Source: Elusimicrobiota bacterium
GTDB taxonomy: Bacteria; Elusimicrobiota; Elusimicrobia; UBA1565; UBA9628
Length of the DNA: 64,000 nucleotides
Assembly: GCA_016209035.1 (NCBI GenBank)
Contig: JACQWX010000005.1
Location: forward strand, 6,688-70,687
Reading direction: 5' to 3'
Part shown: piece by piece, positions 42,966 to 52,377 of the stretch
How positions within the stretch are numbered: the stretch's first letter is position 1
How the letters are laid out: the number at the start of each line of letters is the position of its first letter
Program-made: the position numbers and the translations under genes
The notes under the pieces: generated by a model
Database searches by the model: none
What the model was told of the DNA's origin: nothing
Seen by the model: the letters and a program-made list of their open reading frames with translations, nothing else

Positions 42966-44902
42966 CTGCGCCTCTTGAAAAGGCCCTCGATCAGCTTCTT
43001 GGCGGGCTCGACCGCCTTGCCGATGGGCTGGGACACGATGGTCGAGGCCTTGATGCGGGTCTTGGGCTGGTCGAAGGTGCCGGTCACGTCGATGCCGATG
43101 GGGGCGAGCCTGCCCACCTGGGACATGACCGTGATCGCGAGCGTAGACCGGGGCAGGTTCGCCGAGCCGGTGGCCGTGACGTTGGCGACCGAGCTCTTCA
43201 TGCCGCAGCTGCGCAGGGTCATCACGCCCCGCTCGAAGACGTAGTCGCCGATGATCTCGGAGAAGGTCACGGTGTTGAACTCGGGCATGATCTTGTTGAG
43301 CATCGGGATCTTCCCGATCTTCTGCAGCACGATGAAAGGCAGGGCGAGGACCTTGAGGACCTTGGACCGGGCCGCCAGGGAATCAAGAGCGCTGAAGTGG
43401 CCGTCCGCGACCTTCATGGTGGCGTAGCCGGCCAGGCGGTCGAGCTCCGGCGTGATGCCCTTGAGGTCCCAATCCAGCTTGATGTCCTTGGCTTTGGCGA
43501 ACTGGTGGCGGACCTCGCCGACGGTGATGCGGCCGCTCGTGCTCATCGCAGGGGTGGGCGGGCCGCCGGGGGCCTTAGGTCCGGCTTCGGGGTGCGCGGC
43601 GGCCGGCGTCTGGGCGGGCGCCTTGGCGGCCGAGGGCTTGCCCGGAGGGGGCGCCACCGTCGTCGCTTCGTTGGCGGCGAGGAGCTTCTCAAGGTCGACG
43701 GATGTGAGATCGGCCTCCAGCCGGATGTCGGGTGAGGCGGCGTAGTCCTTCACTTTGAGCAAGCCCGTGAGCTTGCCCCCCAAGAGCGCTCCCTCGATCC
43801 GGGTCAGCGAGGCCTGCTTGGGGTTCAGGGAGACCTTCATCGAGAGGTCCGCCTTGAGGCCCGCGGCCTCGAGGCTCAGGCTGTGGAGGTCCGCCGACGC
43901 GATCCCCTCCGCGATCCGCGAGACATCGAGCCTGGTCAAGAGCTTGGCCAGGCCTCGGGCTCGCCTGGACCCGGACTTCCCGTCGAACTCCATGGACCCG
44001 GCGGCCTCGAAGGGTTCGTCGAGCTTCGCTTCGTCGATGGTCGCGCGCAGGCCCGACACCTTGGCGTCCAGGCCCGCGGAAGGGTCCGTGACGCTCATGG
44101 AGAGCTCGGTCTTCAAGCCGGAGACGCCCACCGGGATGGCGCCGGCCGCGGCCCTCTTCATCCTCGACAGGTCGAATCTGGCCCCGGCGGACGCGTCGAC
44201 CGCGAGGCGCTTGGCCCCGGCGCGGCCGTTGAGCTGAAACGAGAGTCTCGCCCCGAACGGCCGCTCAAGGCTGACGCCGTCGGCCGAGACCTGGAGGCCC
44301 GAGACGGTCATCTCGATCCCCGCGCCGGGGTCGGCGTACAAGAGCTTGCCGTCGCTGATCCGCGCTCGCTTGACGTCCAGGACGAACGGCAGGTCCAGGG
44401 GCGAGGCCGGGGGGGGCTGGGCGGTCTTGGAAGGCTCGGGAGCGGAGGGCTCAGGCCCCCTCGATGCTCGCCTCCCCGTGGGGGAGGCTCGCGAAAAAAG
44501 GTCCGAGAAATTGAAGGAGCCGTCCTTGGCCTTGACGATCCTCGCCGAGGGTCCGGCCACCACGACGCGGTCGATGATGACGCGTTTGGACAGGAGCGGC
44601 ATGAGCTGGATCCTGAAGTCGAAGGAATCGACGCTGACGAAGGCGCCGGCCTTGAAATCGGGCTTCTCCGAGACCTCGACACCCTCGACGCGCAGGCCCT
44701 GCAGGAGACCCGCGGAGGCGTTCTTGATCCTGACCTCGCGGCCGAGGAACTTGCCGGCCTCCTGGGCGATGAGGCTCTTGATCTTCTCGGGCGGGAGCAG
44801 CATCTTGAGCGCTAACGTCGCAGCCGCCAAGGCGGCGATGCAGGCCCCGATGAAGACCGCGACGATCTTGAGGAACCGGTGCGGCTCGGCATCTTGCGCC
44901 AT
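42962..44902 (-). CDS. AsmA-family protein
   Basis: N-terminal TM MAQDAEPHRFLKIVAVFIGACIAALAAATL...; long beta-rich body; ATGA overlap with the downstream gene. Confidence 0.65.
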   Translation of the reverse strand: MAQDAEPHRFLKIVAVFIGACIAALAAATLALKMLLPPEKIKSLIAQEAGKFLGREVRIKNASAGLLQGLRVEGVEVSEKPDFKAGAFVSVDSFDFRIQLMPLLSKRVIIDRVVVAGPSARIVKAKDGSFNFSDLFSRASPTGRRASRGPEPSAPEPSKTAQPPPASPLDLPFVLDVKRARISDGKLLYADPGAGIEMTVSGLQVSADGVSLERPFGARLSFQLNGRAGAKRLAVDASAGARFDLSRMKRAAAGAIPVGVSGLKTELSMSVTDPSAGLDAKVSGLRATIDEAKLDEPFEAAGSMEFDGKSGSRRARGLAKLLTRLDVSRIAEGIASADLHSLSLEAAGLKADLSMKVSLNPKQASLTRIEGALLGGKLTGLLKVKDYAASPDIRLEADLTSVDLEKLLAANEATTVAPPPGKPSAAKAPAQTPAAAHPEAGPKAPGGPPTPAMSTSGRITVGEVRHQFAKAKDIKLDWDLKGITPELDRLAGYATMKVADGHFSALDSLAARSKVLKVLALPFIVLQKIGKIPMLNKIMPEFNTVTFSEIIGDYVFERGVMTLRSCGMKSSVANVTATGSANLPRSTLAITVMSQVGRLAPIGIDVTGTFDQPKTRIKASTIVSQPIGKAVEPAKKLIEGLFKRRR

Positions 44903-45102
44903 GCGGAGATTCTAACAAAATGCCCGGAACGATTCATCGGAAGTGGGAGCCGAACCCGGCCGATGACGGCGGCGTCGAACCTCCGGGGCCCGGCGGTCAT
45001 GGGGCCGACGGCGCTTCGATCGTCCTCATGGCGGGGTATCGTAGCATTTGCGCCTAGGTCTTACGGCGGGGATTTCCCCCGCCGGGGCGTCCGGAGGACA
45101 AA

Positions 45103-45111
45103 TGATATAAT
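45103..45111 (+). promoter_or_regulatory. extended -10 (TGaTATAAT) 6 nt upstream of the PBP1A ATG; leaderless candidate
   Basis: aaaTGaTATAATccgcagATG. Confidence 0.4.
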
Positions 45112-45117
45112 CCGCAG

Positions 45118-47382
45118 ATGCCCAGGAGGCGGTTCTACCTCTACGCCGCCTTGGCGGCGGTCTGCATCTTGGCCGTGGGCTTGACCCTGAGGAGCCTCCT
45201 GGCGGGCCTGCCGGCCACCCACAGCCTCGACGAGTACACGCCGGCCCTCACCACCCGGATCTTCGACTGGCGCGACGAACTCGTGGCCGAGCTGTCCATC
45301 GAGAAGCGGGCGCTCCTGCCGCTCTCCAAGATCCCGGTGGACCTCCAGAACGCCGTCCTGGCCATCGAGGACGACGCGTTCTTCAAGCATTGGGGGGTCT
45401 CCCCGCGGGGCATCTTCCGCTCGGCGGTCGCGAACTTCTTCGCGGGCCGTTTCGTCCAGGGGGGCTCGACCATCACCCAGCAGCTCTCCAAGCAGATCTT
45501 CCTCACACGGGAGAGGACCATCGCGCGCAAGATCAGGGAGATCCTGCTGGCGGTCCAGATCGAGCGCGAGTTCTCCAAGCAGGAGATCCTCCAGCTCTAC
45601 CTCAACCAGGTCTACTTCGGGGAGGGGGCCTACGGGGTGCAGGCGGCGGCCCGCATCTACTTCGGCAAGGAGGTCGGAGGCTTGAACCTCGCGGAATGCG
45701 CCCTGCTGGCGGGCCTCATCCGGGCCCCGCGCGGGTATTGCCCCTTCAACCACCCGGACCGCGCCCGGCGCCGCCGGGCCGTCGTGCTCGACCGGATGCA
45801 GTCGGAGGGCTTCATCAACGATGGTGAGAAGACCGAGGCCCTCAAGCCCGAGGTCCCGCTCTCGAGGCCCCTGGACATGACCACGCAGGCGCCGTATTTC
45901 GTGGAGCACGTCCGCTCGCGCCTGGAGCGCAAATACGGGACCAACGCGGTCTGGCGGGGAGGCTTGAAGGTCTACACGACCCTCGACCTCAAGATGCAGA
46001 AGATCGCCGAGGAGGTCATGGAGAAGGGGCTCTCCGATTTCGACGAGAAGGCGGCCAAGGACTGGGAAGCCAAGCTCAAGGAGGACGCTGCCGCGGCCGA
46101 AGCCGACGGAGAGGAGGGGGTCGAGGTGTCGACCACGCTTCCCAAGATCCAGGGAGCCTTCATCGCCATCGACGTCAAGACGGGCGCCGTCCGGGCCATG
46201 ATCGGCGGGCGGGACTCCAAGTTCAACCGGGCGGTCCAGGCCTACCGCCAGCCCGGCTCGACCTTCAAGCCCTTCGTCTGGGCCGCGGCCTTGAACGCGG
46301 GCATGACCGGGGCCTCCCTGGTGGAGGACAATCCCCTGGCCTTCTACTTCGACGGCCGGGACTGGCGGCTCCTGGAGGGCGCCACCGACCAGTACTCCAT
46401 CGACCTGGCCACGGCCCCGTTCGCCGAGTCGCCCGACTTCAAGATCTGGGTCCCCAACGATTTCGACGGGAAGTTCCTGGGAGTCATCACCCTGCGCAAG
46501 GCCCTGGCCCTGTCGCGCAACATCGCCTCCATCAACCTCATCAACCAGATCGGGCCGCCCTTGGTCGTGGACATCGCCCACCGGGCTGGGATACGCTCCG
46601 AGCTCGAGCCCGTGCCGGCCCTGGGTCTGGGCGCGTCGGTGGTGAGCCCCCTGGAGATGACGAGCGCTTTCGGCACCTTCGCCAACGGAGGCATCTACGT
46701 CCTGCCCTACACGGCCGTTCGGGTGGAGGACAGCCAGGGAAAGGAGCTCGAGCGCTACGTCCCCACCGAGAGGGAGGCGACGACCCCCCAGCTCGCCTAC
46801 CTGATGACGGACCTCCTGAAGACGGTGGTCACCGGCGGGACGGGCCGCTACGCCCGCTTCCTCGCCGCGAAGCATCCCATGGCGGGCAAGACCGGCACCT
46901 CCAACGACAACCGCGACCTGTGGTTCATCGGCTACACCCCGGAGCTCGTGGCCGGCGCCTGGATGGGCTACGACGACTTCGGCTCCTTGGGCAAGAAGGA
47001 CTGGACCGGCGGCTCGACGGTCGTGCCCTGGTGGACCGCGATCATGGAGCGGGTGCTCCAGGAGTCTCCCAAGAAGGACTTCCCCATCCCGCCCGGGATC
47101 GTCTTCCAGAGCGTGTGCGCGGACACCGGGCTCCTGGCCTTGCCGAGCTGCCCGCGCAAGGTGTCACAGTCCTTCATGGAGAACTCCCAGCCGACGGAGT
47201 ACTGCGCGGCCGACCATTCCAGGCCCTTGGAGCTCGCGCCAGGCGCCGCTTCGGGCGCGGTCCAGCTCCCCCGGCCGACGACCGGGCAGGCCTTGGAGGG
47301 GGAGGAGGGCCTCTACCCCTTGCCCAGCGAGGAGGAGATCCTGGGCCAGCCGGAGACCGAGGACCCGAACTTCATCGAGTAG
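45118..47382 (+). CDS. class A penicillin-binding protein (PBP1A-type transglycosylase/transpeptidase)
   Basis: GT51 motifs EDDAFFKHWGV, GGSTITQQL, RKIRE; transpeptidase STFKP, SRN, KTGT. Confidence 0.85.
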   Translation: MPRRRFYLYAALAAVCILAVGLTLRSLLAGLPATHSLDEYTPALTTRIFDWRDELVAELSIEKRALLPLSKIPVDLQNAVLAIEDDAFFKHWGVSPRGIFRSAVANFFAGRFVQGGSTITQQLSKQIFLTRERTIARKIREILLAVQIEREFSKQEILQLYLNQVYFGEGAYGVQAAARIYFGKEVGGLNLAECALLAGLIRAPRGYCPFNHPDRARRRRAVVLDRMQSEGFINDGEKTEALKPEVPLSRPLDMTTQAPYFVEHVRSRLERKYGTNAVWRGGLKVYTTLDLKMQKIAEEVMEKGLSDFDEKAAKDWEAKLKEDAAAAEADGEEGVEVSTTLPKIQGAFIAIDVKTGAVRAMIGGRDSKFNRAVQAYRQPGSTFKPFVWAAALNAGMTGASLVEDNPLAFYFDGRDWRLLEGATDQYSIDLATAPFAESPDFKIWVPNDFDGKFLGVITLRKALALSRNIASINLINQIGPPLVVDIAHRAGIRSELEPVPALGLGASVVSPLEMTSAFGTFANGGIYVLPYTAVRVEDSQGKELERYVPTEREATTPQLAYLMTDLLKTVVTGGTGRYARFLAAKHPMAGKTGTSNDNRDLWFIGYTPELVAGAWMGYDDFGSLGKKDWTGGSTVVPWWTAIMERVLQESPKKDFPIPPGIVFQSVCADTGLLALPSCPRKVSQSFMENSQPTEYCAADHSRPLELAPGAASGAVQLPRPTTGQALEGEEGLYPLPSEEEILGQPETEDPNFIE

Positions 47383-47403
47383 CGCCGGCAAATGTTATAA
47401 TCC

Positions 47404-47427
47404 AGGCGCCAGGCATGCCTGGCGCCT
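47404..47427. promoter_or_regulatory. 24-nt perfect palindrome AGGCGCCAGGCATGCCTGGCGCCT immediately downstream of the TGtTATAAT -10 of the YtxH-like gene
   Basis: Seen directly in sequence; lies between the -10 (47396-47401) and the RBS GAGGAGG. Confidence 0.4.
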
Positions 47428-47449
47428 AGGAGCGCCGAGGAGGCTGAAA

Positions 47450-47692
47450 ATGTCGGACACGAAAGAAACCTGCTGCGAGACTTCCAACACGACGGGGTCG
47501 TTCTTCTGGTTGCTGACCGGCGTCACGGTCGGCGCCGCGCTGGCCGTCCTGCTGGCCCCGAAGTCGGGGCGCGAGACCCGCGGGCAGATCGGGGATTGGT
47601 GGCGCGACGCGCGCGACAAGTTCCGTTTCAACCGGTCTCCCGAGGACCTCGACACCCGCAAAGAAGAGCAGGAAGAGCTCGTCGAGGCGTAG
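47450..47692 (+). CDS. YtxH-like (DUF948) small membrane-associated protein
   Basis: GSFFWLLTGVTVGAALAVLLAPKSGRETRGQI. Confidence 0.6.
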   Translation: MSDTKETCCETSNTTGSFFWLLTGVTVGAALAVLLAPKSGRETRGQIGDWWRDARDKFRFNRSPEDLDTRKEEQEELVEA

Positions 47693-47703
47693 AGGACGGA
47701 CTC

Positions 47704-48690
47704 CTAGCGGAAGCGCTTCCTGATCGCCCGGAGCGCGGCCGCGTCCGAGCCCTTGGGCCCCGCCTGCGTCTTGAACGGGCACGCCGGGGACCGGTCGAAG
47801 ATCTCGAACTTTCGGTTGCCCATCATGTAGGCGCCGGGCGGGTCCTCGGAGCGGATGGTGCCCGCCTTGACCAGGTTCTCCCAGGTCGGAGCGGGCCGGA
47901 GCTCTGCGAGCTCGGCGTTGACGACGTCGAGGCTGTCGAGGGGGTCCGTCTGGAGGAGGGCTTCCCTGCGGAACACGTAACCGTAGCGGTACTGCGCGAG
48001 GGCGTAGCGGCCGCTTTCTTTCGAGATGTGGAGGTCGAGCCCCTTCTCCGGCAGCTGCAGGACGATGCCTCGCCTGGCAGGGTCCGGGGTGAAGAACCCA
48101 GCGATCTCGTCCTCCGTGACCTTGCGCCCGGGCTCATACACTCCCGGGTCCACCAGGAGGGCCTTCTTGGCCTTGGGGTCGCGCACCTCTATGAGCGCGT
48201 GGCCAGCCGGGCTGGGGCTCTTCTTCTTCCGTGGTTCGAGTCCGCCGTCGCGGGCGGCCTCCCAATCGAAGGAGCTGACGAAGAGCGTGGGGAGGCCGGG
48301 CGCCGAGGCCTTGAGGAGCTCCTGGAAGACCTTGGCGATCTCCACGCAGCCGTTGTAGTTGCCGGCCGCGAGCACGGCCTTGGCGGACCACTGGCAGCAG
48401 TCGCGCGCTTGGGAGGCGGGGAGGGGACCGGTGGCGAAGCGCAGATTGTCGTGCATGAAGCGCAGGACCTCCAGCACGGCATCCTGACTGCCGGACGGGC
48501 CGGAGGGCAGCCGGGCTTTGAGCCGCGCGACCGCGTAGGAGAAGGCGGCGTCCTCGAGGTGGGGCCTCGCGGAGGCCGGGGCCGAGGCGTACTCGCGCTG
48601 GATGCCTTCGAGCACGCGGACGCCCTCGGCGGCGTGCGCACAGGGCAGGCCGAGCAGGAACGGCAGAAAAAGCAGGAGCGTCATGGTCAT
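47704..48690 (-). CDS. secreted protein, possibly a transglutaminase-like cysteine protease fold
   Basis: Signal peptide MTMTLLLFLPFLLGLPCAHA; candidate Cys/His/Asp in DCCQWSAKAV / GHALIEV / DPG; weak call. Confidence 0.4.
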   Translation of the reverse strand: MTMTLLLFLPFLLGLPCAHAAEGVRVLEGIQREYASAPASARPHLEDAAFSYAVARLKARLPSGPSGSQDAVLEVLRFMHDNLRFATGPLPASQARDCCQWSAKAVLAAGNYNGCVEIAKVFQELLKASAPGLPTLFVSSFDWEAARDGGLEPRKKKSPSPAGHALIEVRDPKAKKALLVDPGVYEPGRKVTEDEIAGFFTPDPARRGIVLQLPEKGLDLHISKESGRYALAQYRYGYVFRREALLQTDPLDSLDVVNAELAELRPAPTWENLVKAGTIRSEDPPGAYMMGNRKFEIFDRSPACPFKTQAGPKGSDAAALRAIRKRFR

Positions 48691-48710
48691 GGCCGGGAAT
48701 CTAGCATTTC

Positions 48711-49355
48711 TTAGGGAGCCTTCAGCATCGCGGCGATCTTGACGCGGCCCCGGGACACGGCGTAGTCGTAGGCCGTCTCGCCGGAGCCGTTCTTGATGCG
48801 CGGGTCGGCCCCGGCTTCCAGCAGGACCTTCACCGTCTCGATGCTGCGGGTCGCGGCCGCGAACATGAGCGGGCTGGCTCCGTCCGTCCGCTGGGCGTTC
48901 ACGTCCGCCCCGGCATCGAGGAGCAATCTCAGCAGGGCGGGATCGCCCCTCAGCGCGGCCCGGTGCAAGGCCGTGGTGGAGAACTCGCTGGCATGACGGA
49001 CTCTGGCGCCGCGGGCCAAGAGCAGCTCGGCGTTGTCGCGGCGGCCCTGCTGCGCGGCCAGTTCGAGGGCCGAGACGCCGCGGTCGTTGACGGCGTTGGG
49101 GTCGGCCCCGCGGTCGAGCAGGAGCCGGACCGTCTCGGTCCGGGCCGCGCCGGCCGCCATGAGCAAGGGCCTCACGCCGCCCTGCTGCTGGTCGACTTCC
49201 ATGCCCTGGTCGAGGAGTCCGGCGATGCGCCGCTCGTCGTTCTCAGCGATGGCGCAGATGAGCGGGGTCTTCTCCGTGGGGCATCGTCCGGAGAGCGACG
49301 CGCATCCTGAGGCCGCCAGCAGGGCCAAGGGCCACAGCCGGGGCCTGCGCATCAT
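48711..49355 (-). CDS. ankyrin-repeat lipoprotein
   Basis: MMRRPRLWPLALLAASGCA lipobox; four or more ANK repeats (...LLLDRGADPNAVNDRGVSALELAAQQG...). Confidence 0.7.
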   Translation of the reverse strand: MMRRPRLWPLALLAASGCASLSGRCPTEKTPLICAIAENDERRIAGLLDQGMEVDQQQGGVRPLLMAAGAARTETVRLLLDRGADPNAVNDRGVSALELAAQQGRRDNAELLLARGARVRHASEFSTTALHRAALRGDPALLRLLLDAGADVNAQRTDGASPLMFAAATRSIETVKVLLEAGADPRIKNGSGETAYDYAVSRGRVKIAAMLKAP

Positions 49356-51343
49356 AGCTCCGCGATCTCCTTCTTCAGGCCGCTCGAGAGGATGGGGAAG
49401 CGGCACCAGCTCCTGGGGTCCACGTTCTGGTCGTCGAGGTGGAAGGAGGGGGCGTAGCGCTCCCGCTTCCATTGGTTCTGGCACCAAAGGCTGAAGAAGC
49501 GGCCCACCCACGCCTTGAGGTCGGCCTCGCAGTGTTGAGGGAACCTGGCCTTGACCTCCCGCAGGGCATCGGCCGGGGAGCGCTTCTCAAGGATGAAGGC
49601 GCGCTCGACCGCGTCGAGCACCTCGTAGGGCATGAGGTCATCCTCCGCCGCCTGGGATGCCGACGGCGGGCGGAGCTCCGGCGTGGGCCTCTGGCAGGTC
49701 ACGGCCGCGAGCTCCGGGACGGGCCCGAGGCCTTCTGGGCCCTTCTTCTCCAGCCAAGCAAGCCACGACAGCAGGAAGGTCTTGTCCACGCCCGCGACGG
49801 GCGAAAGCCCTCCGCAGGTGTCGCCGTCCATGGTGGCGTAGCCGACCGCGGCCTCGGAGCGGTCGGAGGTCGCCAGGAGCAGGCTCTTGCGCAGGTTGGC
49901 GAGGAGCCAGACGCCCGGCGCCCTCGAGCGGGCCTGGATGTTCTGGAGGGCGACGTCGTCCTCGCGCCAGGTCAGCGGCCGCCCGAGCGCCTTGGAGACC
50001 AGGTCGACGTAGGCGGCATTGACGGGCCCGACATCCCATTCGATGAGATCGGCGCCGATCCCGCGCGCCACGGCCCGGGCCGCCTCCCGGCTGGCCTGGG
50101 AGCTGTTCTCGGTCCCCTGATAGACGCAGGTGAGCAGCCTCTTGGTCAGAGTCCGTCCCTCCGCGGCCGCGCCCAGCCCACGGACGTGCCGGAGCTTCTC
50201 CGCGAGCCCCTTGGGACCGAGGTCCGAGAGAGCCAGCCTCAACGAGAACGCCGCCAGGCAGGTCGTGGCCGAGGAATCGGCTCCCCCGCTCAAGGAGACG
50301 ACGAACCCGTGGGACCTGGACCGGCGCAGGTAGTCGAAGAGCCCCAGGGCCACGGCCCTGGTGAACTCCTCCTCCTTCAAGGCCGGCCCGGACTCCCACG
50401 CGGCCGCGGCCGCGGGGTCGGCCGCCGGGGCGGTCCGGATCTCGGGGAAGGAGAAGGGGCGGCTCACGACCTGACCCTCCGAGGAAGCCGAGCCTGGAGC
50501 GCAGCTCCAGGGGGCGAAACTCGCGGAGCGCGCCCTGCCCATGCGGTTCTGCGTGAGGTCGACGTCGGCCCAGGTCAAGGAGCAGTCGGCGAAGCCGAAC
50601 CTGCGGCCCGACGCCAGGATGCGGCCCTCTGAGGCGACCAGGCAGCTCCCGTCGTAGATGACGCGGCCGGCCTCGTTGCCCAGGAGGTTGGCGTAGCAGT
50701 AGGCCGCGCCGAAGGCCCGCGAGCCTTCGATGACGAACCGGCGGCGCGTCTCCATCTTGCCGAAGGCGAAGTGGCTGGCGCTGGGGTTGAGGATGATGTC
50801 CACGCCCTTGGCCGCGAGCGCCGCGCCGGGGCGGTTGGGGACCCAGGCCTCCTCGCAAATCTCGAACCCGATGCCCGCCTCGCCGCACCGGAACATGAGG
50901 TCGCCGAAGGGGACCTTTGAGCCCGCCCGCCGGAGATGGTCGACGGCGCCGGGGGCCCAGGCCTTGAACCACCGGGGCTCGTAGTGGATGCCGTCCCCGG
51001 CCAAGTACTTCTTCGCGGCTACGCCCAGGAGTTCGCCGCCGCAGAGGAGGGCGGCGGCGTCGAAAAGCGCGCTCCCGTGGAACACCGGCAGGCCCAGGCC
51101 CACGATGATGCCCTTGGTGCGGGGGAGGAGCTTCTCGAGCTGGGCCCAGGCGGTCTCGTGCACGAACTCGGCGTGGAAGGCGTCCTCGCACCCGTAGCCC
51201 GTGATGCAGGCCTCGGGCAGGCAGAGGACCGAGACGCGCGCTCGGCGAGCGGCCTCGATGGACGACTCGATCCTGGCCAGGTTGCCCTCCCAATCGAGGG
51301 GCGTCTGGTTGAGCGCGGCCGCGCCGACCCTGATGGTTTTCAC
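49352..51343 (-). CDS. nadE: glutamine-dependent NAD+ synthetase (nitrilase domain plus NadE domain)
   Basis: GTG start with RBS GGAAGGAGGAAA; CN-hydrolase N-terminus (VLCLPEACITGY); SLSGGADSS PP-loop. Confidence 0.8.
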   Translation of the reverse strand: MKTIRVGAAALNQTPLDWEGNLARIESSIEAARRARVSVLCLPEACITGYGCEDAFHAEFVHETAWAQLEKLLPRTKGIIVGLGLPVFHGSALFDAAALLCGGELLGVAAKKYLAGDGIHYEPRWFKAWAPGAVDHLRRAGSKVPFGDLMFRCGEAGIGFEICEEAWVPNRPGAALAAKGVDIILNPSASHFAFGKMETRRRFVIEGSRAFGAAYCYANLLGNEAGRVIYDGSCLVASEGRILASGRRFGFADCSLTWADVDLTQNRMGRARSASFAPWSCAPGSASSEGQVVSRPFSFPEIRTAPAADPAAAAAWESGPALKEEEFTRAVALGLFDYLRRSRSHGFVVSLSGGADSSATTCLAAFSLRLALSDLGPKGLAEKLRHVRGLGAAAEGRTLTKRLLTCVYQGTENSSQASREAARAVARGIGADLIEWDVGPVNAAYVDLVSKALGRPLTWREDDVALQNIQARSRAPGVWLLANLRKSLLLATSDRSEAAVGYATMDGDTCGGLSPVAGVDKTFLLSWLAWLEKKGPEGLGPVPELAAVTCQRPTPELRPPSASQAAEDDLMPYEVLDAVERAFILEKRSPADALREVKARFPQHCEADLKAWVGRFFSLWCQNQWKRERYAPSFHLDDQNVDPRSWCRFPILSSGLKKEIAEL

Positions 51344-52377
51344 TTTCCTCCTTCCTCGGCCATCTCGAACATCCGCTCGATCGCTTTGCGCGCCCGGTCC
51401 TGAACGCCGGGGTCCACCTCGACGGCGTCGGCGGCCGAGGGCTTCTCGAGCACGGCCAAGACCCGCTCGAGCGTCACGGCCTTCATGTAGGGGCACAGCC
51501 GGCACATGGGCAGGAAGCGCTTGCCCGGGAACCGCGTGCGGGCGAGCTCGCCCAAGCCGCACTCGGTAACCAGCATGTAGAAGGGCGCGTCGGTGGACTC
51601 GACGAAGCGCATCATGTCGCCCGTGCCGCCCACGAAGTCCACGACCGAGACCAGGCCAGGGCTGCACTCGGAGTGCGCCAGGATCATGACCCCGGGGTAC
51701 ATCCTGCGGTAGAGCCCGACGGAGGCGGAGTCGAAGTTGTCGTGCACGATGCAGGTGCCCTTCCAGAGGATGATGTCCTTGCCCGGGGTCTTGCCGAGCT
51801 GCATGGCCAGGTTCTGGCCCATGAGCTTGTCCGGCAGGAAGACGACCTTGCGGTGGTCCCTGTAGAGCTTGCGCAGGATGCGGCCGGCGTTGGCCGAGGT
51901 CACGATCACGTCGGACTCGGCCTTGGCCTCGGCCGTGGTGTTGATGTAGGTCGCGACCGGGGCGCCGGGGTGGCGGGCCTTGACGCGACGGATGTCGGCG
52001 GCCGTGATGCTCTCGGAGAGGGAGCACCCGGCCTCGGGAGCGGGCAGGAGCACGGTCTTGTCGGGGCTCAGTATCTTGGCCGTCTCGGCCATGAAGCTGA
52101 CCCCGCAGAACACGATGGCCGCGGCCTTGGTCTCGGAGCACAGCTTGGAGAGCTTGTAGGAGTCGCCCACGAAGTCGGCGATCCCGTGGATGACCTCCGG
52201 CCTCTGGTAGACGTGGACCGGGATGACGGCGTTCTTCTGAGCCTTGAGCTCCTTGATCCGGACGATGAGGCGGGCGGCGCGCTCGAGCTCGGCGTCCGCG
52301 TAGCCTAGGTCCGAGAGCCCCTTGGACGAGAGCCGGGCGGCTTCGGCCTCGACGGCGGCGCGCGCCGGCTCAGACAT
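51340..52377 (-). CDS. nadA: quinolinate synthase A
   Basis: ...VIPVHVYQRPEV...ILAHSECSPG...; conserved Cys; GTGA overlap with nadE. Confidence 0.85.
   Translation of the reverse strand: MSEPARAAVEAEAARLSSKGLSDLGYADAELERAARLIVRIKELKAQKNAVIPVHVYQRPEVIHGIADFVGDSYKLSKLCSETKAAAIVFCGVSFMAETAKILSPDKTVLLPAPEAGCSLSESITAADIRRVKARHPGAPVATYINTTAEAKAESDVIVTSANAGRILRKLYRDHRKVVFLPDKLMGQNLAMQLGKTPGKDIILWKGTCIVHDNFDSASVGLYRRMYPGVMILAHSECSPGLVSVVDFVGGTGDMMRFVESTDAPFYMLVTECGLGELARTRFPGKRFLPMCRLCPYMKAVTLERVLAVLEKPSAADAVEVDPGVQDRARKAIERMFEMAEEGGK

Noticed and set aside
49352-52141. 929-aa ORF as one protein
   Set aside because: The nadE-like gene starts at GTG 51343, which has a strong RBS. The upstream 266 codons overlap nadA in another frame and are junk.
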